Numbered from the stretch's first letter, positions 10,859 to 21,424 are shown. The stretch: DNA of 64,000 bases from an uncultured Verrucomicrobiae bacterium (GCA_963837955.1 CAWIPH010000002.1:3872001-3936000), one strand, 5' to 3'. The notes: generated by a model from the letters alone, not told the origin. Translations and numbers: made by a program.

Positions 10859-12619
10859 TCATCCAGGCAACGGATAGCGTCCGGTTAGCGTCTTTACCTG
10901 CTGGCGAACTCGCGTCAGCGTTGATTCGTCCCCACCGGAGGCAAGAGCAGCGTCCATCAGATCGGCGATCTCCATCATCTCTTCTTCCTTCATCCCGCGC
11001 GTCGTGACCGCGGGAGTGCCAACCCGAATCCCTCCCCCTTTCACCACCGGTTCGGTGTCGAAGGGGATTGAGTTCTTATTCACAGTAATGCCAGCAAGGT
11101 CCAAAATCTCTTGGGCTTGTTTCCCGTTGAGACCTTTGGATCGAAGGTCGACCAACATCAGGTGATTGTCCGTGCCTCCCGATACGATGCGATACCCTTT
11201 CCGCTCCAGGCTGGCCGCCAGCGCTTTGGCATTCATTGCGATCTGGTGCTGATAATCGCGGAACGTAGGCTGGAGAGCCTCATGAAAACAGACCGCTTTC
11301 GCCGCAATCACGTGCATGAGCGGGCCGCCCTGTACTCCCGGAAACACGAGACTATCTATCCCCTTCGCGAGTTCCGGTTTACACATGATGATACCGCCTC
11401 TCGGCCCACGCAGACTTTTGTGCGTTGTGGAGGTCACAAAATCCGCAATTCCAACCGGCGAAGGATGGATCCCCGCTGCCACCAACCCAGCAATGTGCGC
11501 GATATCAACAAAGAGAAACGCGCCGACCTCATCGGCGATCTGTCGCATCCTTTTGAAATCGATGATTCGCGAGTAAGCCGAAGCGCCGGCCGTAATCATC
11601 CGCGGACGATGTTCCTCAGCCAGTCGGGCGAGAGCTCCATAATCAATGCATTCGGTTTCCCGATCTACCCCGTAATGCGTCACCTCATAAAAGCGGCCCG
11701 AAAAGTTCGCCTTATTTCCATGGGTCAAATGACCACCGTGCGATAAGTCCATCGTCAAGATGCGGTCTCCCGGCTTTAGCACACTGAAATAGACCGCCAT
11801 ATTTGCCTGGCTGCCGCTATGCGCCTGCACGTTTACGTGTTCGGCCCCAAATAATTTCTGTGCGCGCTCGATCGCCAATCGTTCCACTTGATCAACGAAT
11901 TCACAGCCTCCGTACCACCGGCGACCCGGATAACCTTCCGCATACTTGTTGGTCAAGACGGACCCTTGGGCCTCCATTACTGCGCGGCTAGTGAAATTCT
12001 CCGAAGCGATTAGCTCGATGTTTTCGAATTGCCGCTGTCGCTCGAGTTTGATCGCGTTGAAAATCTCCGGATCGACTCGCTCCAAAGGTTGGTTCCCAGG
12101 CTGTTCATTCATAGTCCCTGATGTCAGCTTATCGTTGTTTCCCTCGCTCATTACAAAGTTCAGTAGACCCGGAAGCGCTTCGAGAATCGTGTCTCGCGCT
12201 TCCTCATACGCTTCGATACCCAAGCCGATCGGATCAGCGATATCAAACGATGCGGCACCCGGTTCAAATTCTCGCAGCAAATACGTTTTTTCTGCTGCTT
12301 CTGGATACTGATAAAAAATAGAATCGAGGTGGCTCCGCGTCATTGCGACAATCCAGGTCGCTTCCTGGACCAGGCGCTCGGTGAGCGGCTTACTTCGAAT
12401 GCCCGAGATATCGATGCCCATTTTCGCGAGCACTTCGACGGCGTGGGGACTCGGGCTTTGCCCAGGATAAGTGCTGATGCCGGCCGACGAAACCTTTAGA
12501 TCCGGGCGGCCTCCGAGCATTCGCCGGAAAAGACCCTCGGCCATCGGGCTTCGACAGACATTCCCTGTACAAACAAACAACACCGTTTTTTGCGGACTCA
12601 AAGTCCGGGAAACTGCCAT
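10859..12619 (-). CDS. glyA: low-molecular-weight protein phosphatase fused to serine hydroxymethyltransferase
   Basis: N-terminal [14 protein letters not shown] and DIADPIG; C-terminal [28 protein letters not shown]; no intervening stop. Confidence 0.93.
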   Translation of the reverse strand: MAVSRTLSPQKTVLFVCTGNVCRSPMAEGLFRRMLGGRPDLKVSSAGISTYPGQSPSPHAVEVLAKMGIDISGIRSKPLTERLVQEATWIVAMTRSHLDSIFYQYPEAAEKTYLLREFEPGAASFDIADPIGLGIEAYEEARDTILEALPGLLNFVMSEGNNDKLTSGTMNEQPGNQPLERVDPEIFNAIKLERQRQFENIELIASENFTSRAVMEAQGSVLTNKYAEGYPGRRWYGGCEFVDQVERLAIERAQKLFGAEHVNVQAHSGSQANMAVYFSVLKPGDRILTMDLSHGGHLTHGNKANFSGRFYEVTHYGVDRETECIDYGALARLAEEHRPRMITAGASAYSRIIDFKRMRQIADEVGAFLFVDIAHIAGLVAAGIHPSPVGIADFVTSTTHKSLRGPRGGIIMCKPELAKGIDSLVFPGVQGGPLMHVIAAKAVCFHEALQPTFRDYQHQIAMNAKALAASLERKGYRIVSGGTDNHLMLVDLRSKGLNGKQAQEILDLAGITVNKNSIPFDTEPVVKGGGIRVGTPAVTTRGMKEEEMMEIADLMDAALASGGDESTLTRVRQQVKTLTGRYPLPG

Positions 12620-12899
12620 GCCCCCACCGGCAGATCAAGTACACAAGCCAGCACGCCACTCGACCAAAAGCTCTGGAATTTTTGCGCCTTCAGCCGCCTG
12701 GAAACTAAGTGCGAGCACGGCTTCCATCGCGAGAGATCCGCCGGCCACTGGAGCGCGCAAGCCGCCCAGACATACCAATCATCGAGGCATCGCTGAGCAG
12801 TTAATCGAGCGGCCTTCACCAGGCGCAGTCATGATCTGTTCTCAACGTGGGTAGTCACTGAAGATCTGGCGGCTGCCGAAGAGGTAACAAGATTACCGC

Positions 12900-13331
12900 T
12901 TGAGCGACCCGATTGATGGAGATAGCATTGGCCGGTTGAATTCAGTATCCGCTTACGATTACATCCAGGCACTTTATCGATTGTGTCTTGTTCAATCGGG
13001 TTCCGATACAGCAGCCGAGAAAGCCGTCCACGACATTGTTCTGGAAGCCTTTAAGACGGCTAATCGCGATTTGGAAAAGATCGATTTCGAAGGCCTTTTC
13101 CGAACAGCATTCCTTCGACGAGATTCCTATCCGAAGGTATCCGCAAACAGTCTGACCGATTGGCCGCTGATTCTTCACTCCCTTTCTGAGCCTCAACGTT
13201 CCAGCTTGACTCTTTTCTTTCTGGAAATTTTGCCTCCAGCTCTCATTGCCGAAATTGCCGGCCTATCGCTTGAACAGCTGGCAGATACGATTCGAGATGC
13301 GCGTGCGGCGCTGGTAGAGGCTCGCAAATAG
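12900..13331 (+). CDS. divergent ECF sigma factor-like protein
   Basis: LYRLCL..AEKAVHD region 2-like; LSEPQRSSLTLFFLE..AEIAGLS region 4 HTH. Confidence 0.6.
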   Translation: MSDPIDGDSIGRLNSVSAYDYIQALYRLCLVQSGSDTAAEKAVHDIVLEAFKTANRDLEKIDFEGLFRTAFLRRDSYPKVSANSLTDWPLILHSLSEPQRSSLTLFFLEILPPALIAEIAGLSLEQLADTIRDARAALVEARK

Positions 13332-13340
13332 GTTCGTACC

Positions 13341-14252
13341 ATGCCAAGCAGATTGTTCCCCCTTATCCGGCCCGCCTACGAAGATGAGCCTGGAATTAGC
13401 GTGGCCAGCACAGAAGCCAGGAACAACGCGGAACTGGGGGAAGCTTTGGGACGACAGGTCGCCCTCGACGACGAAGTCGTGGATCAGCTTCGAGCGATCG
13501 AACTCAGCGATTTCCAGATCGAAAGGCTAGAAAGCTCACTGGGTGAGGATGACGCTCAGCCGACCGCCCATGCTATTCCCCCGACAGTCCTTTCTCCTCC
13601 GCCAACCGGACAAGGCTCTGACGCTGCCGGATCTACCGCGCTGACTAAGGCGGTCCCGCAACCACCGCCAAACCCGGAACCGCAAGACCTCCCGAATGCG
13701 GCGAAAGAGGAAAAAGGAAAAGATGAGGAAGAAGAGGAGGAAGAAGAACAACCGCGGGCCCGCCCATTCGCAATCTTTTTCGCAATCGGTGTTGCCTTGA
13801 TCGCCGCCATCTGCGTGGTCAGCTATATCGTCTGGGACCAAATGAACACGTTCAAAGGTGCGGACCGAATCACCGACCTTTTGAATTCAGCGAACGGACT
13901 CAGTGGTGACGAATTTGAAGCGGTCCAAACCACCACCGACGCTCTGAAAGATTGGTTTTTGCTCAAGAACCAGCACTTTGCTGTCCCGAAAGAGTTTGCC
14001 CAAACTCGCACCATCGCATGCCGAGTCTTTCAGTTCCATAACGCGGACGTCGGCCAGGTAATGGCCAAAGATGACCGGGAGCTCCTCTATTTTCTATTCG
14101 ATCCGGCTGATCTCGGCATGAACCTTAAGAAAGGGAAATGGGAAATCGTGGAGGCCGAGCGACTCGTCGGAGGCGTCACCTTAGTCGAAGGCACCTGTTT
14201 CGTTGTCGCCTTTCGGGGGAAGCATGATGAAATGCAGGCCTATCTAGGCTAA
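13341..14252 (+). CDS. single-TM putative anti-sigma factor (DUF3379-like)
   Basis: Follows sigma-like gene; one TM; Pro/acidic linker; C-terminal IACRVF motif. Confidence 0.55.
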   Translation: MPSRLFPLIRPAYEDEPGISVASTEARNNAELGEALGRQVALDDEVVDQLRAIELSDFQIERLESSLGEDDAQPTAHAIPPTVLSPPPTGQGSDAAGSTALTKAVPQPPPNPEPQDLPNAAKEEKGKDEEEEEEEEQPRARPFAIFFAIGVALIAAICVVSYIVWDQMNTFKGADRITDLLNSANGLSGDEFEAVQTTTDALKDWFLLKNQHFAVPKEFAQTRTIACRVFQFHNADVGQVMAKDDRELLYFLFDPADLGMNLKKGKWEIVEAERLVGGVTLVEGTCFVVAFRGKHDEMQAYLG

Positions 14253-14375
14253 GAAGGTTCCGAAGTGATCACTGGGCAATAAGGGGTGATCGGTATTTGC
14301 ATTTCCGGTGATCTGGTGCATTAGTAAAACACCGGAAGTTATTCTTGCGCCTTCGGCGCTCTCACCCTTCACTTC

Positions 14376-14861
14376 TCACCTCTCACGCACCCGTCCGTAC
14401 AACTGCCTCACCATCCGATGATACGGCCAGGCGACGATATAGCCCACGCAGCATGGCTTTCCGCACGCACACGGGAACCGGGTAACTTCGGATGCATCGA
14501 ATCCGTAGTCGATCGTGATCTCTTCCCCTCGCGCGATAGCTCGAGAACTTACGATCAACGAGATGCCCTCTCTGTATTCCAGGTGGGCTGACGGATCGCA
14601 CGAGTAGTTGAAAAAGCGCCCGAGTCCTTTACCAGTTGAACCATCCAGAACTCTTCCATCCGGCAACTCGAGTAAAAAGGGGTTGCCGATTACTAGCTCT
14701 CGTTTGACCTCTTTCGAGGTCAAAATCTTGCCGTCGTAACACGTCAGAACCTGGTCGGCGCCGATTCGGACGTTCGCGAACACCCCAATACCATGAATTT
14801 TGGAGTTTCCTGTCGACACAAGCTTTCTTTCCAACAAGCGGGCGTGTATACTTTTCCACAT
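14376..14861 (-). CDS. SET-domain protein-lysine methyltransferase with post-SET Cys cluster
   Basis: SKIHGIGVFA, RFFNYSCDPS, GEEITIDYG, CACGKPCCVG. Confidence 0.88.
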   Translation of the reverse strand: MWKSIHARLLERKLVSTGNSKIHGIGVFANVRIGADQVLTCYDGKILTSKEVKRELVIGNPFLLELPDGRVLDGSTGKGLGRFFNYSCDPSAHLEYREGISLIVSSRAIARGEEITIDYGFDASEVTRFPCACGKPCCVGYIVAWPYHRMVRQLYGRVRER

Positions 14862-15399
14862 GGTCGAAGTCCTCGGCATCTTCGGCTTCCTTGGTTGGCT
14901 GTTCCTGGTTTTCTGCGAATGGCTGAGCCACCTACCGGTTTTTGCCGCGTTGGTTGTTGGCGCAATCGCGGTCCCGATCCTGGCGGTCGCGGACTTTCGG
15001 AAAATCCTCCGTAAATTGCAACTCCCGGGCCTCTATACAAGTCGTGATCCGATACCGCCCGAAAGATTTTCCTGGCTTCTGCACGGAGAATGGCTGCGTC
15101 AATCGATTGTCTGGTCGTTCGTTATCGCCGCTGGCGGATGGTGGAACGCGGCGACCTTGCCGGCATCACTTTCCTGCGATCTCGAATCTGTTGTCGGATG
15201 GCTCAATGCGGTTGTCGGAATGATTGGTTCCGCCCGTTTCTTTAGCGCCTCCCTACTTTTCGTGCACGCAGCCCAGTGGTTCGACTCGATGAGCCCCAGT
15301 CTCGTCGGATTTTTTCGGGTCTTGATGTACAGATTATCCGATAACTACGAATATCTGGGTCAGCGCAAAACCGACCCCGAACGGGAGAAGGTTTACTAG
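14860..15399 (+). CDS. hypothetical multi-pass membrane protein
   Basis: MVEVLGIFGFLGWLFLV...; several TM segments; start uncertain. Confidence 0.7.
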   Translation: MVEVLGIFGFLGWLFLVFCEWLSHLPVFAALVVGAIAVPILAVADFRKILRKLQLPGLYTSRDPIPPERFSWLLHGEWLRQSIVWSFVIAAGGWWNAATLPASLSCDLESVVGWLNAVVGMIGSARFFSASLLFVHAAQWFDSMSPSLVGFFRVLMYRLSDNYEYLGQRKTDPEREKVY

Positions 15400-15406
15400 C
15401 CGGCAA

Positions 15407-15530
15407 CGCCGGCTTGTCCGACGACCGTGTCCGACGAAGCTCTCCGCTACATCGGCGACGTCCCAAGATCAGCGAAGTCGGAAGCCTTCCGGAGTTTCAA
15501 ACGACGGAGCGAAGTTGGAGAGCGCCGGGA
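15407..15530. repeat. dispersed repeat, family C
   Basis: GCCGGCTTGTCCGACGA...CCGGAGTTTCAnACGACGGAGCGAAGTTGGAGA; inverted copy at about 29036-29100. Confidence 0.7.
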
Positions 15531-15680
15531 TCATCAAAGGCCAGGCATCGTGAGAAGTGATTGGCGGTTAGTGAGAAGTAAAAGAAGACGAGGCGTAACA
15601 CTGGGGCCGATCACCAATCACCAATCACCAATCTCATCTCTTCTTTCTGCTCACTGCTTACTGCTCACTGCTCTTGCTAA

Positions 15681-15708
15681 TTGCCAAGCCCCATTTTCTC
15701 ATTATCTT
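15681..15708 (+). promoter_or_regulatory. putative sigma70 promoter for tRNA-Ser
   Basis: TTGCCA-16 nt-TATCTT just upstream of the tRNA. Confidence 0.45.
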
Positions 15709-15725
15709 CCCCGACTCGATCAAAC

Positions 15726-15812
15726 GGAAGGGTGGCTGAGTGGTCGAAGGCTCCTGACTCGAAATCAGGCGTGCTCGTAAGGGCACCGTGGGTTCGAATC
15801 CCACCCCTTCCG
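15726..15812 (+). tRNA. tRNA-Ser(CGA)
   Basis: GGAAGGG acceptor/CCCTTCC; anticodon stem CCTGA-CTCGAAA-TCAGG; long variable arm; GGTTCGAATCC; no encoded CCA. Confidence 0.96.
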
Positions 15813-16103
15813 CTCTCGCTGAAGGATTTACGCAAGCTCGATAACACTTTTACGGCCGTGTTGCGCTGACGAGTGCCTTTCTGGTGCCTTTAAAATTTGG
15901 CCAAAACGTCCTTGACCGCCGATAGCAACTTGCGGACGAAGCTCTATATGGCCTACAGCACCGAGCCCTTTTGAAATATTCTTGGATTACGACCACACCC
16001 CCCCCAACCGTCCATCCGGTTAGCGGACGCCAGAGAGCTAGCCGCAATGATTATCCCCGGTGACCCTGCTGTAGAGAACGTCATGCCCTAGGACAGGCCA
16101 GCC

Positions 16104-16141
16104 CCATCGATCGCTACAACGGTCGATGGTCTTTTGTTTTT
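16104..16141 (+). terminator. terminator-like hairpin
   Basis: CCATCGATCG-CTACAA-CGGTCGATGG then T-rich run. Confidence 0.5.
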
Positions 16142-16275
16142 AGCCTTCACTGCTCACGAGCTTACCGGCTGAGATCGCGGCAGGATTTCCGAACGTTCAT
16201 GATAAGGCTCGACCGGTCAAACGCGCTGCACGGTCAAATGCGGAAACCGTTTTTCGTCAGAAAACTCGTCGCTCT

Positions 16276-17199
16276 TTATTGATTGAGCGCGACTGGGTGG
16301 CGAGCGGTCTTCGTTTGCAGCCCGTTCACGGCTTGTTCGAGACGGTCTACCTTTGCGACGATCGCTGTTAACTTCGAGTTCTCGGCCTCGAGAACTTTCA
16401 GCCGCTTCTTTAGAACGTCTATCTCACCCTGTTGTTCTTTGGTTATCCCGTCCACATCCTGAATTGCCCTTGTTAATAGGGGTGTGACGCGACCATAATC
16501 CACCGTCCACGGATTCTGAGCAGGATCCTCTCCGCCTCGGGTCACGACATCGGGCAAGACCGTATAAAGCTCTTGAGCGATAAATCCCGTCTCATTCCGG
16601 CCGGGCTTCGATTTGAAATTGTAGTCGCGCACCTGAATCTTCATCACTTCATTGAGCCCTTTGGCACTTGGCCGGATATTCTCTTTCAGGCGTTCGTCGG
16701 AGGTGGTGTTGTAGGACACGCTGGTTCCTGTGGTTGTGACATCCCCGATAGCACTATTATTAACGGAGAAGATGATAAGCTCATTATTAGTGAAAACCGT
16801 CGGTTTTGACAGGTGAAGGGGGGAACCATCGCTGCGTTGAGCGCCTATATAACCGCCCGGGTTGATCTGGACCCCATTCATGTTCGCTGTTCCGTTCCAG
16901 AATTGGCCGGTAACGCCGCCCGGTGACACGTATACTTGCCCATTCACATGCAGAGGGACTTGTGGAGTGGTTAGACTTATTCCAACATTGCCTTCGATCA
17001 GTGCTCCGTTGGTTGGCGCGACGGTGCCCGCAGTACTCGTGTAGGTGGAATCACCAATTGCCAGACCGCCGCTGGCGGTGGTGCCGTTAACGCTGAGTTT
17101 TGACTGGGGGTTACTAACACCGATCCCGACGTTTTGGGCTGCCGCTTGTCCGATTAAACCGGCCAGCGAGAGCAGAAGTGCAAGGTAGAACATTCGCAT
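16276..17199 (-). CDS. secreted tail-fibre-like protein with peptidase S74 intramolecular chaperone
   Basis: Signal peptide; NVGIG..P..KL.V.G repeats; TSDERLKENI, GFIAQE, VDYGR, C-terminal coiled coil. Confidence 0.88.
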   Translation of the reverse strand: MRMFYLALLLSLAGLIGQAAAQNVGIGVSNPQSKLSVNGTTASGGLAIGDSTYTSTAGTVAPTNGALIEGNVGISLTTPQVPLHVNGQVYVSPGGVTGQFWNGTANMNGVQINPGGYIGAQRSDGSPLHLSKPTVFTNNELIIFSVNNSAIGDVTTTGTSVSYNTTSDERLKENIRPSAKGLNEVMKIQVRDYNFKSKPGRNETGFIAQELYTVLPDVVTRGGEDPAQNPWTVDYGRVTPLLTRAIQDVDGITKEQQGEIDVLKKRLKVLEAENSKLTAIVAKVDRLEQAVNGLQTKTARHPVALNQ

Positions 17200-18225
17200 A
17201 AGAAACAGAGTTGAAGTTAATTAACCGAGATGACGTTGACGAAAGCGCATGATCACTCCGAGCATTCTCGAGCCAGCCAGGATCCTAAACCCGGTGGAGG
17301 GTTCAGAACGGAATTTGCTGCGGGAAGCAAGATTAGCGAAGCTGATGAAGCCGAACGATAGGCGGACTAACAATAACGTCCTGTACATTCTAATACTCCT
17401 CCTTGTTTTTGGAGCCTAGATTCGTCAGGATGCGGCTAAATGCGCCACCGGTTAGTAGCCGCACAGCCTGCATAATGGGATATCTCATTGCTTACACATT
17501 AGCGTTTACAGAAAAGCTCGCCTAGTCGACAAGCCCATAGATATAACACTTTGGTATTATAGTACTTTGGTGTTATATGGAGAGCTGGCTATCTCGGGAG
17601 GAGCATACTCGATTTGACCAACGCGCCGAACGATCCCCTGCTCAGATTAACGGAGGTGGGCAAGGCTGAAACACCAGACTCTTTCACCAGGCATGGACTC
17701 CCCATTCCAGGAGCCTACTTCAAGAACAAAGAAAGCCAGCAACCGGCGACAGTTGCGACTGAGATATCAGAGAAGCGTGTTGGAGAACAGAAGCAGCCAA
17801 GGTGGAAGCGTGATTTTCCCAGCCTTCGACATTGGTTGCTTCTGTTCTCCGATAGCTTACGAAGCACGTGGCCTGGACGGACAACCACTAGGTAAGCCGG
17901 GTAGATATCGGTTTCGGTGGTGAAGAAACGGAAACCCGAAGCGAGGGCTAACCAGAGCCGTTGCCGCGCCGGCGCCAGGCTCGCAAGCGCTGAAGGACAT
18001 AACAGTCCGCGTTGAATTCCTCGCTCAGGCCGTCACTAGACAACTTCGAATCCCACCCCTTCCGAGGCACTTATGCAAGTTTTACGCTCGATTTAGCAGC
18101 CTACCTTTCAGAGTCAGTGCCGGAATAGCGCCGCTAAAATTTGAAACGCCACCTCCGCACCTGTAGCCGAGTTCGTCCCGGTGCAGTCGAAGATTCGGCG
18201 CATAAGCGCATCCATCCTGAACCTG

Positions 18226-18423
18226 CTACCCTGGTTTGGTTTCTTCCCTTAGGAACTCCAAAATTTTGTCTGCTTGTTCGCGCGTTGGTTCTCCCTTCCC
18301 CTCGGTCCATCCCGTAAGTGTCTCCGGCGAAACTCCGACGGCCTCGGCGACTTTGGATGCGTACTGGATGATGATGTCCCGATAGTTTCCTAGAGCGGTG
18401 AGTTGTTCCTCGGTCGGTTCCAT
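18226..18423 (-). CDS. small Xre/Cro-type HTH protein
   Basis: SKVAEAVGVSPETLTGWTEGKGEP. Confidence 0.7.
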   Translation of the reverse strand: MEPTEEQLTALGNYRDIIIQYASKVAEAVGVSPETLTGWTEGKGEPTREQADKILEFLREETKPG

Positions 18424-18871
18424 GCGTGGACTATAACAGAATCACGGATCAAAAGGCCAACACCGCGCGCTCAATCGAATCGTTGGCGCCTCGACCGAGA
18501 CGACCGCACTCGGTAGTCCGGGTTCGCTCTCGCGGAGAATACGAAGCAGCGATGGCTGAGAGGGTGAGCTTTTGAATCGATCCCTCGCTGCCCCAGCTGT
18601 AGCCCGTGTCTGCACAGATGATGCCTATCGCTCAGAGCTTAGCGACGACAAAGCTCTTAAAAGGATTTAGAAGGAGGCTGATGGTGTCTGGTGATCTATC
18701 GGAAGAAGCCATTACCAAAAATCTTCGTGTTTTGTTGGAGGAAGAATGGGGGCCACGAGCGCGGATTGACGATATTTGCGAGATACAGCGAGCTACAATC
18801 GCACAAGGGAGATCGAGCGAAAAACGGGAATATTGAATAACCATGGCCCCCATTCTGGGATGATTGTCTGT

Positions 18872-20017
18872 TCACTCTGTGGCTCCCAGGTAACGGTAGA
18901 CGAGGTCCCGCCACGCCGGGGAGGCCAGCCGGTGCAGGAGCGCGCGATCCACCGGCTTGCGCCACGGGCTGCCGTCGCGCAGGGCGATGCCGTATGGTTC
19001 TACCTGGAAGGTCTGCGGTAGGACTGTGATCTTCCCAGCATAAGGTTCGCTCCGTGCGATATAGCGCAGGGCTGGTGCGTCACTCAGAACGGCCTGCGCG
19101 CGGCCGCTCAACAGGACTTCTAAGAGGTCTTTCAGGGGCACGTGGATGTAGTCAATCTGCCGGCGCCTCAGGTAATCTTCGCTGGAGGTGCCCGCGATCA
19201 CGGCCACGTGGAGGCGGCGGAGGTCGTCTGCTCCGCGCACCACGAAGCCGCCAGGCCCCGCGTCCAGGCGTTCCGCGGTAAGGATCGAAGCCATCGAGGC
19301 GGTGAACCAAGAGACCAGAAATAGGCTGACGAACATCCACGCGATCGCCACCAGCCGGCCTACTGGGCTGCGCGGGGCCAAGTCGCCGTAGCCTACCGTC
19401 GTCATCGTCACCGCGCTCCACCAAAGGGCGGAGCCAATGCCCCGGCGTGCTTTCCCATCGCCGCCAAACTCCTTCGGGTTGCTCTTGCGCTCGAGCACCC
19501 AGATGAGCAGTGCCACCAGCACCAGCGAGACGAGCAGTGCCGCCACGATCCCCCAGAAATTCCACGCGAACACTCGCCCGAGCCACGACCACAACCCGCC
19601 CGCGTCGGGCGCAGTTTTCACCGCCACGCCGAGTCCGGATTGGAAAAATGGCTGGCTGAAATCCAACCGGTCTTCCCGCTCCGCGGTGATCGTCAGCGCG
19701 CCGATGCTCACGTCCAGCGGGCGGCCCGGAGCGAGGTCGTCGAACAACCCAGTCACCGTGGTCTCGCGGAACTCGGTGTCGATACCGAGGTCAGCGGCAA
19801 TCCACTGCCACAACTCCACGCTAATGCCGCTCCAGGAACCATCCTCACCCCGCATGCAGAACGGCGGCGACTGGGTCAAGCCCACCACCAATCGCGTCCG
19901 CGCGGGCGTTGGAACATGCGCTGGCTCCTGGCTGTAGGCGACGCCGAAGAACGGGAGCAGCGCCGCCAGGACGACGACGGTGACGGCCACGAGAGAGTTG
20001 CGATATGCGATCGCCAC
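18872..20017 (-). CDS. GluR0-like ligand-gated K+ channel (substrate-binding domain + pore)
   Basis: SPPF, LTITAERE..LDFSQPFF (S1); WWSAVTMTTVGYGD pore; S2 EPYGIAL; start placed at GTG about 20017. Confidence 0.88.
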   Translation of the reverse strand: MAIAYRNSLVAVTVVVLAALLPFFGVAYSQEPAHVPTPARTRLVVGLTQSPPFCMRGEDGSWSGISVELWQWIAADLGIDTEFRETTVTGLFDDLAPGRPLDVSIGALTITAEREDRLDFSQPFFQSGLGVAVKTAPDAGGLWSWLGRVFAWNFWGIVAALLVSLVLVALLIWVLERKSNPKEFGGDGKARRGIGSALWWSAVTMTTVGYGDLAPRSPVGRLVAIAWMFVSLFLVSWFTASMASILTAERLDAGPGGFVVRGADDLRRLHVAVIAGTSSEDYLRRRQIDYIHVPLKDLLEVLLSGRAQAVLSDAPALRYIARSEPYAGKITVLPQTFQVEPYGIALRDGSPWRKPVDRALLHRLASPAWRDLVYRYLGATE

Positions 20018-20050
20018 GGACGCGAAAGCCGATACTCTTGCGCAACTCGA

Positions 20051-21424
20051 ATGCGTCCTTTCAATTCCAAAGATGCCGCCGATCGCAATTGGCGGCGCTT
20101 TATCCTTTTCCGTGTACTCTTTAACTCGCGGTTCTATTACCCGGTCCTGGCAGTGCTGTTCCTCGACCTCGGCCTGAGTGCGACGCAATATACCTTGCTG
20201 AATTTCGCGTGGGCAATCGCCATCGTCTGCACGGACCTGCCAGCCGGCGCCCTCGCGGATCGGATCGGACGTCGGCCTCTCGTCGTCGCGGCCGGCGCCG
20301 CCATGGTGATAGAAATGGTGGTCCTCTGCGTGGCGCCGGCCCGCGGCGGGACGTTGCTCTTTCTCCTTTGCCTGGCGAACCGATTGCTCAGCGGCATCGC
20401 CGAGGGCCTGGCGAGCGGCGCGGACGAGGCGCTCGTCTTCGATTCCCTCGCCGAAAGCGGACGATCCGCGGAATGGCCGCAGGTACTCGACCAAGTCACC
20501 CGTTACCAGTCGGTAGGTTTGGTTGTCGCGATGATCGTCGGCGGCGCGATCTATGATCCCGGGTTTATGAACGCGATCGCCAGCGCGCTCAGATTTCCCA
20601 TGGGTTTCACGCAGGGCACCACGCTGCGTTTTCCAATTTATCTTAACCTCGTCACGGCCGCGCTCACGCTCGTTGTCGCCCTCAGTATGCGGGAGCCAAA
20701 CCGAAAATCGACGTGCAACACCTCGGTCGCGGATGACCAAACTCAGCCGTCGAAGGAAACCGCCATCGAGGGGGTGCTGACTGCGGGAGCGTGGATTGCC
20801 CACACGCCGCTCGCACTCTTCGTGATTCTTGCAGGCGTGCTTCTCGACTCGGTGATCCGACTGTTCCTGACGTTCGCGAGCTCGTACTTCCGGCTGATCG
20901 ACCTGCCGGCAGCTAGTTACGGTCTGATCTGGGCGGCCCTTGGAGCGCTCGGCTTCCTTGTCTCGCCGGTCGCGCGACGGATGGTGCAGCGGGGCTCGCC
21001 AGCAGGAAACTTCGTCTGGGTGGCGGTTGTTACGCTGACGGCCCTTGCTGGACTGGCGCTGCGCTGGCGGTGGTGGGGTGTGGTATTCACCTTCCCGCTT
21101 GGTGCCTCTATGGTCGCGATTGGTTTTTTCCTCTCGTATTATCTGAACGCACTCGTCGAATCGCATCGGCGCGCGACAGTCCTTTCTTTCAAAGGCGTTG
21201 CATTCAATCTCGGCTACGGCTTGGTAAGCCTGCTTTTTGCCTTCTTGCTGAGGACCCTGCGTGACGGAGGCAGCGCCGAACAGGTCTTCGGCCGCACGCT
21301 GATCTGGCTGTGCGTTTGGCTCGCGCTGGCGCTCGCATTGCTGGGAGTGTTTTTCCGACGACATGCCCCATTGTTGCGGCAGGTAGGTGCGGTCGCCACC
21401 GACGCCTCGGAAAGTCCGCCTTAA
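20051..21424 (+). CDS. MFS transporter
   Basis: NSRFYYPVLAVLFLDLGL, GALADRIGRR motif A, about 12 TM; start ATG 20051. Confidence 0.88.
   Translation: MRPFNSKDAADRNWRRFILFRVLFNSRFYYPVLAVLFLDLGLSATQYTLLNFAWAIAIVCTDLPAGALADRIGRRPLVVAAGAAMVIEMVVLCVAPARGGTLLFLLCLANRLLSGIAEGLASGADEALVFDSLAESGRSAEWPQVLDQVTRYQSVGLVVAMIVGGAIYDPGFMNAIASALRFPMGFTQGTTLRFPIYLNLVTAALTLVVALSMREPNRKSTCNTSVADDQTQPSKETAIEGVLTAGAWIAHTPLALFVILAGVLLDSVIRLFLTFASSYFRLIDLPAASYGLIWAALGALGFLVSPVARRMVQRGSPAGNFVWVAVVTLTALAGLALRWRWWGVVFTFPLGASMVAIGFFLSYYLNALVESHRRATVLSFKGVAFNLGYGLVSLLFAFLLRTLRDGGSAEQVFGRTLIWLCVWLALALALLGVFFRRHAPLLRQVGAVATDASESPP

Larger units (their letters stand above)
15813..18064. mobile_element. small genomic island remnant at tRNA-Ser(CGA)
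   Basis: 20-bp direct repeat TTCGAATCCCACCCCTTCCG at 15793-15812 and 18045-18064; no integrase inside. Confidence 0.75.

Noticed and set aside
19640..20050. N-terminal extension of the MFS ORF
   Set aside because: Antisense shadow of the channel gene
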